From positions 1-58,210 of IMG/VR virus record IMGVR_UViG_3300007735_000763: a stretch of 58,210 nt of DNA, one strand, 5' to 3'. Positions 18,136 to 27,963 of the stretch are shown in pieces. The position numbers and the translations under genes are program-made. The DNA comes from a virus. Taxonomy: Duplodnaviria; Caudoviricetes. The notes under the pieces were generated by a model that saw only the letters and a list, made by a program, of their open reading frames with translations, was not told the DNA's origin and searched no databases. Positions within the stretch are counted from its first letter, which is position 1, and each line of letters begins with the position of its first letter.

Positions 18136-19574
18136 TTGCGCACCTCCTCGCCAAGCACCTGAGTCGAGATGTCGATCTTTTCCCTCAATGCCTTGACGAT
18201 CTTTTCATCCACTGTCTTGGGTGTAATCAGGTCAATGTACGTCACGTTCTTCCGCTGGCCGATACGGTGGGCCCGATCCTCCGACTGGAGCCGCTTCTCA
18301 AGGTCGAAGCTATTGCTGTAGTACACGACCACGTTCGCTGCGGTCAGGGTCAGGCCGTAGCCGCCAGTGCTGGGATTTCCCACGAAAAAGCGCAGTTTGC
18401 TATCGGGGTTTTGGAACTCCGCAACCACCCGCTGCCGCTCGTCATCGTCCGTATCGCCAAAGTACGTCCCGACGCTCTCCATACCGTACTCGGCCTGCAA
18501 GGCCTGCTTGATCATCAAGATGTCGTGCCGGTAGGTGGCCCAGATGATCATCTTGCCGTCGGTCTCTTCGACGATTGACATGAGCTCTGCAACACGATTA
18601 CTTGGTATAGGCAGCAACGCTCCACTATCAAGCTTGACGTGCCCGCATACGATTTGATGCAGGCGCATCAATTGCGTGAGGGCATTGACCGTGGACATCA
18701 GTCCCTGGTCGAACTGCGCAAGCGCAAGGGTCTTCATTTCGTTGTAGGCCTGCTTCTGCTGATCAGTCATGTCGACCTCTCGCTTGACGTAGAGCTTGTC
18801 AGGGAGATCTAAACATTCCTCTTTCTTGACGCGGAAGCTGAAGCGATCGAGCTTTTCTTTGAGCTCATCGAGCCTCTGGTAGCCGACGATCTGCTTGAAG
18901 CTATGGCTCGCAAGACGCCGCTCGATCGTCACCGCGTAGCGCGCCTGGAAACTGTAGTAGGACGGCGAGTCAAGACACGCGTCGGACAAGAACGCACACT
19001 GCTGATACAGGTCAAGCGGTGATTTCGTCACCGGGGAGCCTGTCATGATGCGGCGATACTTCGCCATTTTGCCTGTTTTTTCAGTGTTTTTGCTGCGTTT
19101 GCTGCCTGGCGTCTTGATTGTCGTCGACTCATCGATCGCCATCATTGCGTTATGTACGAACAGGAATCTTTGAGCGAACTTCGTGCCTCGCGGCGTCGAG
19201 AAGGCCTCTATGTTCATCACGAGGATCTTCAAGTCCTCGGTGATCTCGAACAACGAATCAAGGGCCTCCTGCTCCGCCTTGCGTGGCGTTGCGGCCCACA
19301 GCGCCATACGGTAGACCACGTGCTCGGGCATGTGTTTCGGGATCTCGGTGTCTACCCAGTTGCGGTACACGCCCTTCGGTGCCACGATCAGCGCCGCATT
19401 GATGCGGCCGAGGTCATACAACATGGCGATATTGTTGATCAACATGAAGCTCTTTCCAGTGCCCATGTCTGCGAACAATGCCGCAACCTGATGATCCCAA
19501 AAGCGTTGTAGGTACGCCGCCTGGTGCACAAACGGCTTGTTTTTGAATCGATACGTCTGTAAGAATTGGCTCAT
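18123..19574 (-). CDS. SNF2-family helicase
   Basis: MGTGKS, DEST, MTGSP, GLTLT, QSEDRAHRIGQ; ATG 19574 with GAGG SD. Confidence 0.92.
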   Translation of the reverse strand: MSQFLQTYRFKNKPFVHQAAYLQRFWDHQVAALFADMGTGKSFMLINNIAMLYDLGRINAALIVAPKGVYRNWVDTEIPKHMPEHVVYRMALWAATPRKAEQEALDSLFEITEDLKILVMNIEAFSTPRGTKFAQRFLFVHNAMMAIDESTTIKTPGSKRSKNTEKTGKMAKYRRIMTGSPVTKSPLDLYQQCAFLSDACLDSPSYYSFQARYAVTIERRLASHSFKQIVGYQRLDELKEKLDRFSFRVKKEECLDLPDKLYVKREVDMTDQQKQAYNEMKTLALAQFDQGLMSTVNALTQLMRLHQIVCGHVKLDSGALLPIPSNRVAELMSIVEETDGKMIIWATYRHDILMIKQALQAEYGMESVGTYFGDTDDDERQRVVAEFQNPDSKLRFFVGNPSTGGYGLTLTAANVVVYYSNSFDLEKRLQSEDRAHRIGQRKNVTYIDLITPKTVDEKIVKALREKIDISTQVLGEEVRKWLI

Positions 19575-19598
19575 GTTCCTCTCGCTTTCTAACAGGGC

Positions 19599-19627
19599 TT
19601 GCAATCCCTGAAGCGCGAGTCTACACT
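19599..19627 (+). promoter_or_regulatory. sigma70-type promoter of the replication operon
   Basis: TTGCAA-17-TACACT in the divergent intergenic region; CAGGG/CCCTG inverted repeat brackets the -35. Confidence 0.65.
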
Positions 19628-19652
19628 GGCCCCAGGTTTTGAGAAAGGAGAA

Positions 19653-20003
19653 ATGTCAGTGCCTAAGGTGTATGTCGTTTCCGAGACGTTGCAGCACAAC
19701 ATTGCAAGTGCTCTCGATTACGGCCAGATTGAGACCATTCTGCCACCCAATGCACAGATTGCCTTTTCTGTGGCTCCGACCGTGCGTCGGGTCCAACGAA
19801 AGCTCGACAAGTTCACCGATGAGGACTTTCTGCTCCTGATCGGCGACCCGTCAGCAATAGGCATCTGCTGTGCAGTGGCAGCGTTTAAGAACAACGGTAG
19901 ATTTAAGTGCCTCAAGTGGGACAAGCGAGAACGCCGCTACATTCCCCTCGAGGTGGATCTTTTCAAGAAAGGAGAATTAGATGAGCCTTACGAGCTTATT
20001 TGA
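19653..20003 (+). CDS. hypothetical replication-module protein
   Basis: AAGGAG SD; DFLLLIGDP and LKWDK motifs. Confidence 0.75.
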   Translation: MSVPKVYVVSETLQHNIASALDYGQIETILPPNAQIAFSVAPTVRRVQRKLDKFTDEDFLLLIGDPSAIGICCAVAAFKNNGRFKCLKWDKRERRYIPLEVDLFKKGELDEPYELI

Positions 20004-20532
20004 AAAAGAAGCCGACGCTCTGCGCGTCAACGACGAGCAGATCACCGGTATCGCCGCCCTCGCGCGCCGTGCCAAGTCCCTCGAGAAAGAAATCGAGGAC
20101 CAGGAAACGGAACTCAAGGGCCTGAAAGACAAGTACCGCAAGCTGACCGAGGAGACGCTCCCGGAAGCACTTGCTGAGATGGGGATGTCCTCCTTCCGCA
20201 TGGAAGACGGCAGCTCCGTCAACATCAAGCCCTTCTATAGCGCCTCGATCAGCGAAGCACGTCGTGCCGAAGCCTTCCAATGGCTCAGGGACCACGGCTT
20301 TGACGACATCATCAAGAACACCGTCAGCGTCCGTTTCGGTCGCGGCGAGGCCGAGCTTTGCAACCGCCTTCTGGGGCTGCTCGGCAGTAGCGGATTCCGC
20401 TCTGAACAGGCGGAAAAGGTCGAGCCCTCTACTCTCAAGGCTTGGGTGAGGGAACGGGTGGAACGGGGCGAGGAGTTCCCAACAGAACTCTTCGGCGCGT
20501 ACATCGGGAAACGAGCCGAAATCAAATCTTAA
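19981..20532 (+). CDS. conserved phage replication-module protein (coiled coil, WLRDHG.DDIIK, VEPSTLKAWVRE)
   Basis: AAGGAG SD; precedes SSB-like gene. Confidence 0.8.
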   Translation: MSLTSLFEKEADALRVNDEQITGIAALARRAKSLEKEIEDQETELKGLKDKYRKLTEETLPEALAEMGMSSFRMEDGSSVNIKPFYSASISEARRAEAFQWLRDHGFDDIIKNTVSVRFGRGEAELCNRLLGLLGSSGFRSEQAEKVEPSTLKAWVRERVERGEEFPTELFGAYIGKRAEIKS

Positions 20533-20548
20533 TCAAGGACAAAGAAAC

Positions 20549-21319
20549 ATGGCTAAAACAGCATTAGCAGAGAAGACCCAGGGCACCGCCCTGGCCATCG
20601 CCACCGCCTTCGAGGAGGATGCCAGCAGCAGCTTTGCCGGCATGAACCAGGACGACTTCGCCCTGCCGTTTCTGCGCCTCCTGACCAACACCTCCCCCGA
20701 GGTGGGCGAAGTAGAAGGTGCCCTGCCGGGCATGATCTACAACAGCGTCACGGGCCAGCTCTTCGACGGCAAGAAGGGCATCACCGTTGTGCCATGCGCT
20801 TACGTGCGCCAGTACATCGAGTGGGCACCGCGTGGTAGCGGATCGGGCGCTCCGATCCATATCTACCCCGCAACGTCTGACATCCTCTCCCGCACGCACC
20901 GCGAACCGGGCGAGAACAAGGACTATCTCGATAACGGCAACTACATCGAGAACACGGCCAACCACTACGTCATGGTGATCGACGCCGACGGCACGCCGTC
21001 GCCGGCACTGATCGTGATGAAGTCCACTCAGCTCAAGAAGAGCCGCAAGTGGAACAGCATGATGCAGTCGGTGAAGATCCAAGGCAGCAACGGCCTCTTC
21101 ACGCCGCCGATGTACAGCCAGTCCTACCGGCTGACCACGGTCCCCGAGTCGAACGACAAGGGCAAGTGGTTCGGTTGGGAAGTGGAGCGCATTGGCACAC
21201 TGGAGGACCAATCGGTCTATGCCACGTGCAAGGCGTTCGCGCAGTCGGTAAGCTCGGGTGCTGTCAAGGCAAAGCCCGAGACGGATGGTGAAGGATCTTC
21301 GGGTTCTGTGCCGTTCTGA
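20549..21319 (+). CDS. putative single-stranded DNA-binding protein
   Basis: DFALPFLRLL...YIEW..R; MKSTQLKKSRKWNS; acidic tail ending VPF; context. Confidence 0.65.
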   Translation: MAKTALAEKTQGTALAIATAFEEDASSSFAGMNQDDFALPFLRLLTNTSPEVGEVEGALPGMIYNSVTGQLFDGKKGITVVPCAYVRQYIEWAPRGSGSGAPIHIYPATSDILSRTHREPGENKDYLDNGNYIENTANHYVMVIDADGTPSPALIVMKSTQLKKSRKWNSMMQSVKIQGSNGLFTPPMYSQSYRLTTVPESNDKGKWFGWEVERIGTLEDQSVYATCKAFAQSVSSGAVKAKPETDGEGSSGSVPF

Positions 21320-21328
21320 TGATTTTCC

Positions 21329-21380
21329 GGGGCCGAAAGCAGTGTTCCCCCCACTTACCTACTCACTGCGAGTAGGCCCC
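21329..21380 (+). ncRNA. candidate structured RNA element with bulged-G (GAA/AGUA) internal loop upstream of primase
   Basis: GGGGCC-GAAA-GCAGTG-N19-CACTGC-GAGTA-GGCCCC. Confidence 0.5.
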
Positions 21381-21399
21381 ACCTTTCGAGAAAGTAGAA

Positions 21400-22932
21400 A
21401 TGACCGATATCACACGGTTCAAGGCGATCTTTTCGGGCTTGGATATCGCCTACGGGACCTACAAGATTGAAGGCGAGAAAGGCAACGGCAAGCAAGCCGG
21501 TAAAGCCGTCGTCGTACGCAAGCCGCCAACGGATGACCTTTGGCAAAAACACCTCGAGGGTGCAGAGCCGTCACTCGGCATCATCCCCATTCGTGCAGAC
21601 AACTCCTGCATCTGGGGCTGCATCGACATTGACCAGTACCCGCTCGATCACGCGGGACTCGTCCAAAAGATTCGCGGGCTAAACCTCCCGCTCGTCGTCT
21701 GCCGGAGCAAGTCCGGCGGCGCGCACGTATTTCTGTTCGTCAACGAACCCATGCCCGCAGGCGAGATGCAAAAATATCTCAAGGCCTGCGCAGGACTTTT
21801 GGGCGAGGCCGGTCGCGAGATCTTTCCAAAGCAAGCGGAGATCCTTGTCGAACGCGGCGACACGGGTAACTTCCTTAACCTCCCGTACTTTGGCGGCGAC
21901 GACACCATGCGTTACGCCTTCAAAGACGACGGTAAGGCGGCAACGCTCGAGGAGTTCTATGAACTCTACGACAAGTTCGTGCAGCCAAAGACCGTGGAAG
22001 TCCCAGAAGGGCCCAAGGCTCCCGAAGCACCGATCAAGGACGGGCCGCCGTGCTTACAGGCGATCTGTGCACAGGGCGTGCCTGAGGGCACGCGGAACAA
22101 CGCGTTATTCGCCATCGGAACGTATCTCAAGCGCGCGCACCCTGCGACCTGGGACAACGCCATCGTCGAGTACAACTACAAATACGTGAGTCCGCCGCTG
22201 CCGAACAATGAAGTGCAGCTTCTGATCAAGCAGCTCAATAAAAAGGACTACAAGTACAAGTGCAAGGACGCGCCGCTCAACTCCTTCTGCAACAGCGGCC
22301 TATGCAGGACTCGCAAATACGGGATCGGGGCTCACGGGCCAGATAGCCCGCAGCTCTCCGCGCTCTCCAAGTACGCGAGCGAACCGCCCTTGTGGTTCCT
22401 GGACGTAAACGGCAAGCGCATCGAGCTTGATACAGAAAGCCTCTTCAACCAGATCGCCTTCCAAAAGGCGTGCGTCGAGAAGCTGAACGTGCTTCCCCCT
22501 GCCGTGCGTAAGCAGGACTGGGAGCAGATGCTGAATGGGCTGCTCACAGAGATGGTCGAGAGCGAACAGATCACGGTCGCGAGTGAAGATACAACCGTCA
22601 CGGGCCAGTTCAATGATCTTCTCGAGGAGTTCTGCACGCACTTGCAGCAGGCGATGGATCGGGACGAGATCCTACTCGGCCGCCCGTGGACGAATGACGA
22701 TGAGGGCAAAACATACTTCCGCATGAAGGATCTGAATGCCCATCTCGTGCGCAACAACTTCAAGGCGTTGACCTCGCCAAAGATGGCGCAGCGCGTCCGA
22801 GACATTGGCGGTGAGCCGATCAGCCTCTTTATCAAGAACCGAGCCGTGCGCTGCTGGCGCATCCCGCGCTTTGAGCGGCAGGACTCGCCCTTTGATACGC
22901 CGGAACAAAAGAAAGGTAGGAGCCCATTCTAA
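21400..22932 (+). CDS. archaeo-eukaryotic primase (AEP) with PriCT-like domain
   Basis: WGCIDID, RSKSGGAH, GNFLNLPY, PPCL...EGTRNNALF. Confidence 0.85.
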   Translation: MTDITRFKAIFSGLDIAYGTYKIEGEKGNGKQAGKAVVVRKPPTDDLWQKHLEGAEPSLGIIPIRADNSCIWGCIDIDQYPLDHAGLVQKIRGLNLPLVVCRSKSGGAHVFLFVNEPMPAGEMQKYLKACAGLLGEAGREIFPKQAEILVERGDTGNFLNLPYFGGDDTMRYAFKDDGKAATLEEFYELYDKFVQPKTVEVPEGPKAPEAPIKDGPPCLQAICAQGVPEGTRNNALFAIGTYLKRAHPATWDNAIVEYNYKYVSPPLPNNEVQLLIKQLNKKDYKYKCKDAPLNSFCNSGLCRTRKYGIGAHGPDSPQLSALSKYASEPPLWFLDVNGKRIELDTESLFNQIAFQKACVEKLNVLPPAVRKQDWEQMLNGLLTEMVESEQITVASEDTTVTGQFNDLLEEFCTHLQQAMDRDEILLGRPWTNDDEGKTYFRMKDLNAHLVRNNFKALTSPKMAQRVRDIGGEPISLFIKNRAVRCWRIPRFERQDSPFDTPEQKKGRSPF

Positions 22933-23210
22933 TGCTCAAGATCGACGGCTTTGACAATGCGTTGATTGGTATATCCACCGTCTGGCAAAAGCATGAGGGC
23001 GGTGGGGCGGAGCGCGTGGATACGCTGATCTATGACGGAGAGATCATCACGACGATCCTCATGCACCAATCAGGCATGTCTCACGAAGAGGCGCTCGAGT
23101 ACATCAGTTTCAATATCGAAGGCGCCTACGTCGGCACAGCCACCCCCATCATCGTCTGGCCCTGCGACATGGACAGGGTCAATGAAATAGCGGAGGAAGC
23201 AGGTGATTAA
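22932..23210 (+). CDS. conserved hypothetical phage protein
   Basis: DGFDNALIG...EEALEYISFNIEGAYVG..TP. Confidence 0.75.
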   Translation: MLKIDGFDNALIGISTVWQKHEGGGAERVDTLIYDGEIITTILMHQSGMSHEEALEYISFNIEGAYVGTATPIIVWPCDMDRVNEIAEEAGD

Positions 23211-23379
23211 GAACTACCACAAGTCCGTCTTTGTCGTGCTGCATATCGCCCTCGACGGTGTTTCCGTCGTTGGCGTGTATGATGATTATCGCGACGCTGA
23301 TGACAAGCGACAGGAAGAACCCGAGAAGTTCACTGTCACGATCGCCCCGTACTACCCAGCCCCGATGACCGAGCCATGA
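23203..23379 (+). CDS. 58-aa hypothetical protein (not in ORF track)
   Basis: GTG after GGAGG; fills the gap and stops in ATGA overlap with the helicase. Confidence 0.55.
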   Translation: MIKNYHKSVFVVLHIALDGVSVVGVYDDYRDADDKRQEEPEKFTVTIAPYYPAPMTEP

Positions 23380-24875
23380 GCGTCGAGAAGGTCTTCGGTC
23401 CCCCTGGCGCAGGCAAGACGACCTACCTGCTCTCCGTGGTAGAGCGGGAGCTTGCTGCGGACGTCCACGCGACACAGATCGGCTACTTCGCGTTTACCCG
23501 CAAAGCCGCGACCGAAGCCCGTGACCGGGCGATACAGAAGTTCCCGTCACTAAACCCGGACCTCGATTTCCCCTGGTTCCGCACGCTGCACTCACTCGCC
23601 TACCGCTGCCTCGGTATTGGTACGAAGGACATGATGACGCCGCAGCACTACGCAGAGTTCGCTAAAGAGGCGGGGATTGAGCTCGCCGCTGAACAGGGTG
23701 AGGAGGAGTTTGCCGTCAAGGTCGACCATCCGATTCTCAACGAGATCAACATCGCGCGGATCAAGGGCAAGGACCTGCGACAGCATTACAACGAAAGCCG
23801 CATGGCGATCGAGTGGCATCATTTCGAGTACGTTGACCGAGCCTACCGACATTACAAAGCCTCCCACGGCCTTCTTGACTTCACCGACCTCCTCGAGCGA
23901 GTGGTCGACGAACCTGAACGCTTACCGCGACTGAAATCGCTCATCATCGACGAAGCCCAGGATCTTTCCAAGCTCCAGTGGCGACTCGTCTGTGAGCTCA
24001 TCGAACGCGCAGAGAAGACCTACATCGCAGGCGACGATGACCAGGCGGTCTACACCTGGGCCGGTGCTGACGTTGATAGCTTTCTCACGCTCGAGGGCGA
24101 CATCCGCATCCTCGATCAGTCCTACCGCGTCCCCTCCAAGATCCACGCCCTCGCTGATCGCATCGTGCATCGCATCCGCAAGCGCCAACCCAAGATCTGG
24201 AAGCCGCGCACCGAAGGCGGCGTGATCACTTACTACAACGATTTCCACCACGTGAATCTCACCCAGGGCGAGTGGCTCGTGCTTGCCGCGACCAACTACA
24301 TGCTCACGGAGATGCACGAGTGGATCAAATCCCAGGGCCTACTCTTCGAGCGCCACGGACAACGGAGCATCCCCGAGTCCGTGCTCACCGCCGTCGTCGG
24401 CTGGGAGCGACTGCGCAAGGGCCAGGAGATCCCCTTCGAGATGGTTAAGGTGATCTATAAATACCTTGATACGAAATTCGTTAAACACGGGCACAAAGGG
24501 CTCAAGACGGCGGATGTACACACAATGTACACACACGCCCTGCTTGCCGAGAAACATGGGCTTTTGACCGATGCCATCTGGCACGAGGCCCTCGCCAAGA
24601 TCGGCGAGGACAAGCGCAACTACCTCATCGCCCTCCTGCGTCGCGGCGTGAAGCTCACGGGCAAAGTGCCGATCAAGCTCTCCACGATCCACGGCGCCAA
24701 AGGCGGCGAGGCCGACAATGTTTTATTGATCAGCGACCTTTCGACGAAGTTCGCCAAGGAGTACGAAGTCAACCCAGACGACATCAACCGCCTGCTTTAC
24801 GTCGGGATTACCCGCGCTAAGCAGACGCTGCACGTGATTCTCCCCCGAAATAGTCAAAAAGGTTTCCGACTGTGA
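23376..24875 (+). CDS. UvrD/Rep-like superfamily 1 helicase
   Basis: GPPGAGKT, IDEAQD, GDDDQAVY, QSYR, STIHGAKGGE, YVGITRAK. Confidence 0.93.
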   Translation: MSVEKVFGPPGAGKTTYLLSVVERELAADVHATQIGYFAFTRKAATEARDRAIQKFPSLNPDLDFPWFRTLHSLAYRCLGIGTKDMMTPQHYAEFAKEAGIELAAEQGEEEFAVKVDHPILNEINIARIKGKDLRQHYNESRMAIEWHHFEYVDRAYRHYKASHGLLDFTDLLERVVDEPERLPRLKSLIIDEAQDLSKLQWRLVCELIERAEKTYIAGDDDQAVYTWAGADVDSFLTLEGDIRILDQSYRVPSKIHALADRIVHRIRKRQPKIWKPRTEGGVITYYNDFHHVNLTQGEWLVLAATNYMLTEMHEWIKSQGLLFERHGQRSIPESVLTAVVGWERLRKGQEIPFEMVKVIYKYLDTKFVKHGHKGLKTADVHTMYTHALLAEKHGLLTDAIWHEALAKIGEDKRNYLIALLRRGVKLTGKVPIKLSTIHGAKGGEADNVLLISDLSTKFAKEYEVNPDDINRLLYVGITRAKQTLHVILPRNSQKGFRL

Positions 24876-26740
24876 GCACCGTCCCTATGTTCCCCCGCAG
24901 CGCCGAATGGGTGCCGCCCGTCAGTTTTCCAGATCTTTCCGCCGCAACAGAGATTGCGATCGACCTTGAAACATGTGACCCCCACATGGAGTCGATGGGG
25001 CCAGGATGGCCCCGGAAGGACGGCTACATCGTCGGCTACGCGGTCGCGGTAGACGGCTGGAAAGGCTACTTCCCAATCGCCCACCAGGGCGGCGGCAACC
25101 TCGATGAGCGCATCGTCAATCGTTGGATGAAGAAGATCCTCGAGCTGCCGTGCGACAAGATCATGCACAACGCCGCCTACGATCTCGGCTGGCTTCGCGC
25201 ATCAGGCTTCACGGTCAACGGCACCGTCTACGACACCATGCTCGCCGCGCCGCTGATCGATGAGAACCGCTACAGCTACGCGCTCAACTCACTCGGCTTT
25301 GATTACCTCAAAGAGGTCAAGTCCGAACAGGGCCTCAAGGACGCGGCCTCTGACTTCGGCGTGCACGCCAAGAAAGAACTCTGGAAACTCCCCGCCATGT
25401 ACGTCGGAGACTACGCCGAACAGGACGCGGCGCTCACGCTCAAGCTCTGGCATCACCTAAAGACCCTGATCCGCAAGGAAGAAGTGGAGTCCATCTTCGC
25501 GCTCGAGACCGAGCTCCTGCCGATCCTCATCGATCTCACCTACCAGGGCATCCGCTTCGATCGCGCCAAGTGCGAGCAGTTGATTGATGAGTTCAAACAG
25601 AAAGAGATCGAGCACATCAAGCAGATCAAATCCCTCTCGGGCGAGAAGGTCGACATTTGGGCTGCGGCAAGCATCGCCAAGGCGTTCGACAAGCTCTCGC
25701 TGCCGTATCCCAAGACCACGACAGGGCTCCCGAGCTTTACGAAGACCTTTCTCGATTCTCACGATCACCCGATCGCCAAGCTCATCGTCGAAGCAAGAGA
25801 ATTTAATAAGACTCATGGTACCTTTCTCGAGCCCTACCTACGCCACAGCGCCAAGGACGGGCGTATCCACCCGCACATTAACCAGATGCGTTCCGAGGAC
25901 GGGGGCACCGTCACCGGCCGCCTCTCCATGAACAACCCCAACCTCCAACAGGTCCCCGCTCGCCATGAAATCATCGGTCCCCTGGTACGCTCGCTTTTCC
26001 TGCCTGAAGAAGGCCAACTCTGGGCCGCCAACGATTTCAGCTCACAGGAGCCTCGGCTTCTCGTCCATTACGCGGCCCTACTCGCTCTACCAGGAGCGGA
26101 GCGCATGGCGGACGCATACCGCAACGATCCAAACACCGACTTCCACCAAATGGTGGCAGATATGGCGGGGATCAAACGCAAAGCCGCCAAGACCATCGGA
26201 CTCGGATTGATGTATGGGATGGGTAAGCAGAAGCTTGCCAACTCCCTTGATCTCCCGCTCGATGAAGCCTCTGAACTCATCACGGCCTTCCACGCCAACG
26301 TCCCCTTCCTCCGGGGCACGATCGACTCTGTGATGCGCCGCATCGAACACCCCGCCTCGGGCGGCTCGATTAGAACGCTTCTAGGTCGCAAGTGCCGCTT
26401 CCCGCTCTGGGAACCCGTCGAGTACGGCATCAACAAGGCCCTGCCTCGAGAGCAGGCCGTCATTGAATACGGACCACGGATCAAGCGCGCGATGACCTAC
26501 AAGGGCCTCAACAGACTCATTCAAGGCTCCGCCGCCGACCAGACCAAGGCCGCGATGGTCGCGCTGCATAAGGCGGGACACCGCCTCCTCCTGCAAGTGC
26601 ACGACGAAATCGCCATCAGTGTCGATGGGAAAGAGATCGCGGACCAAGCATCAAGGATCATGCAAGAGGCAGTTTCCTTGGAAGTGCCCTCGCGCGTGGA
26701 TGTCGAGATTGGCCCCTCCTGGGGCGAAGCAAGAGGTTAG
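24872..26740 (+). CDS. polA: family A DNA polymerase with 3'-5' exonuclease
   Basis: DLET, HNAAYD, YAEQD exo motifs; TGRLS, DFSSQEPR, KTIGLGLMYG, QVHDE. Confidence 0.95.
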   Translation: MSTVPMFPRSAEWVPPVSFPDLSAATEIAIDLETCDPHMESMGPGWPRKDGYIVGYAVAVDGWKGYFPIAHQGGGNLDERIVNRWMKKILELPCDKIMHNAAYDLGWLRASGFTVNGTVYDTMLAAPLIDENRYSYALNSLGFDYLKEVKSEQGLKDAASDFGVHAKKELWKLPAMYVGDYAEQDAALTLKLWHHLKTLIRKEEVESIFALETELLPILIDLTYQGIRFDRAKCEQLIDEFKQKEIEHIKQIKSLSGEKVDIWAAASIAKAFDKLSLPYPKTTTGLPSFTKTFLDSHDHPIAKLIVEAREFNKTHGTFLEPYLRHSAKDGRIHPHINQMRSEDGGTVTGRLSMNNPNLQQVPARHEIIGPLVRSLFLPEEGQLWAANDFSSQEPRLLVHYAALLALPGAERMADAYRNDPNTDFHQMVADMAGIKRKAAKTIGLGLMYGMGKQKLANSLDLPLDEASELITAFHANVPFLRGTIDSVMRRIEHPASGGSIRTLLGRKCRFPLWEPVEYGINKALPREQAVIEYGPRIKRAMTYKGLNRLIQGSAADQTKAAMVALHKAGHRLLLQVHDEIAISVDGKEIADQASRIMQEAVSLEVPSRVDVEIGPSWGEARG

Positions 26741-26744
26741 TCCT

Positions 26745-27143
26745 GTGCCTAAGAACAAAGAAGTTTTTATCCCTGACCCAGAGGACTTGCGGATCTGGGA
26801 GGAGTACATGAACGCCCCGCCCAGGCCAAAGCCCGTGATCCCACGGGATCAGTATCGCCGGCGCAGGAAGAGTAAACGCAAGGTCCAGCAGATCGAGCGC
26901 AACCGCGTGTCGCCCACGCTCCGGGGATTCCGTTCGATCATGGTACGAAGATCGACCTATGAAATGCTCTTTGAGATGAAGATCTTCTACAAGAAAAGTT
27001 TTACCCACATTGTCCACGAGCTTGTAAACATCGCCTACCAAAAGACGTACAAGCAGGCTGAAGTGCTTGCGCGCATCGAAGCAAATAGGATAAAAAATGA
27101 AACATCTGACCCAACTCAACCTCGACGTCGCTATAACGTATGA
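26745..27143 (+). CDS. basic hypothetical protein
   Basis: GTG after GAGG; fills gap after polymerase. Confidence 0.5.
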   Translation: MPKNKEVFIPDPEDLRIWEEYMNAPPRPKPVIPRDQYRRRRKSKRKVQQIERNRVSPTLRGFRSIMVRRSTYEMLFEMKIFYKKSFTHIVHELVNIAYQKTYKQAEVLARIEANRIKNETSDPTQPRRRYNV

Positions 27144-27333
27144 TATTCTCGAGCCGATCCAGGTGCAGGAGTACATCCTCCCGCCCATGATCGAGCTTCG
27201 AGATGCGTATGTAGAACTGGAGAAAGAAGACGGTAAAAAGGCCCGCGTGAATGTACTCAAGGTATTGAGTGAATCGCAGCGTATGCTGCTTGAAGATGAG
27301 ATCATTGAAGCTTTAACAGGAGAAAGAGAGTGA
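27097..27333 (+). CDS. hypothetical protein
   Basis: AGGA SD; coupled to next ORF. Confidence 0.65.
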   Translation: MKHLTQLNLDVAITYDILEPIQVQEYILPPMIELRDAYVELEKEDGKKARVNVLKVLSESQRMLLEDEIIEALTGERE

Positions 27334-27530
27334 ACGTATTTCCAGAACGAGTGACCGATGACCGTGGATCCGCCAAGATTGAAGGCGGGATCACGCTGCG
27401 TGATTACTTCGCAACCGCCGCAATGCAGGCGATCCTCAGTGGCCAGGGCGGCCATTACCACAACCGCTGGGAACTTGTGGGCGATGCCTACAAGGTCGCC
27501 GATGCCATGCTCGAGAGTCGCGAGAAATGA
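27330..27530 (+). CDS. conserved small phage protein (G.TLRDYFA..AMQ...AY..ADAML)
   Basis: Recognisable recurrent phage motif; overlaps. Confidence 0.75.
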   Translation: MNVFPERVTDDRGSAKIEGGITLRDYFATAAMQAILSGQGGHYHNRWELVGDAYKVADAMLESREK

Positions 27531-27715
27531 GTGTCGTCTCCAAAGTCCGCCGCTGCACCGAATGCAAACAGGTCTTCGCGTCCCCAGACGCGTTCCGCTT
27601 GCACAAGCGCGTGGATGGGAACTGCCGCTCGATCGAGGCCCTGACGGCGATCGGGTACATACAGACACCAAAAGGCTGGCTTCATACCAAAGTGCCGCCT
27701 GGGAGTAGGCGATGA
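27527..27715 (+). CDS. small zinc-binding protein
   Basis: CTEC...F....AFRLHKR...C. Confidence 0.65.
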   Translation: MSVVSKVRRCTECKQVFASPDAFRLHKRVDGNCRSIEALTAIGYIQTPKGWLHTKVPPGSRR

Positions 27716-27963
27716 CTCTTGATAATGTCTTCCAATGGTCCCAGGAGGCCGGAGTGGCTTCGGGATCCGAGCCCGTGAATATCACCGCACTCCAACGCTT
27801 CGCCGCCCTCGTTGCCGCTGCCGAGCGGGAGGCGTGTGCGAAGGTGTGTGAGGAAACACTAACGCATCACTACATAAAGAAAATGGCCGACAAAGACCAC
27901 CCGATGCTTCTTGCGGCGTGTGCCGACTGCGCCGCCGCCATCCGTGCGCGAGGTGAGGTATGA
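27712..27963 (+). CDS. small phage protein (RFAALVAAAEREACAKVC family)
   Basis: Paralogous to 28396..28698. Confidence 0.7.
   Translation: MTLDNVFQWSQEAGVASGSEPVNITALQRFAALVAAAEREACAKVCEETLTHHYIKKMADKDHPMLLAACADCAAAIRARGEV

Noticed and set aside
26658-27785. Long antisense ORFs (also 46473-47594, 56040-57182 and others)
   Set aside because: Shadows of GC-rich, coupled plus-strand genes; no recognisable motifs
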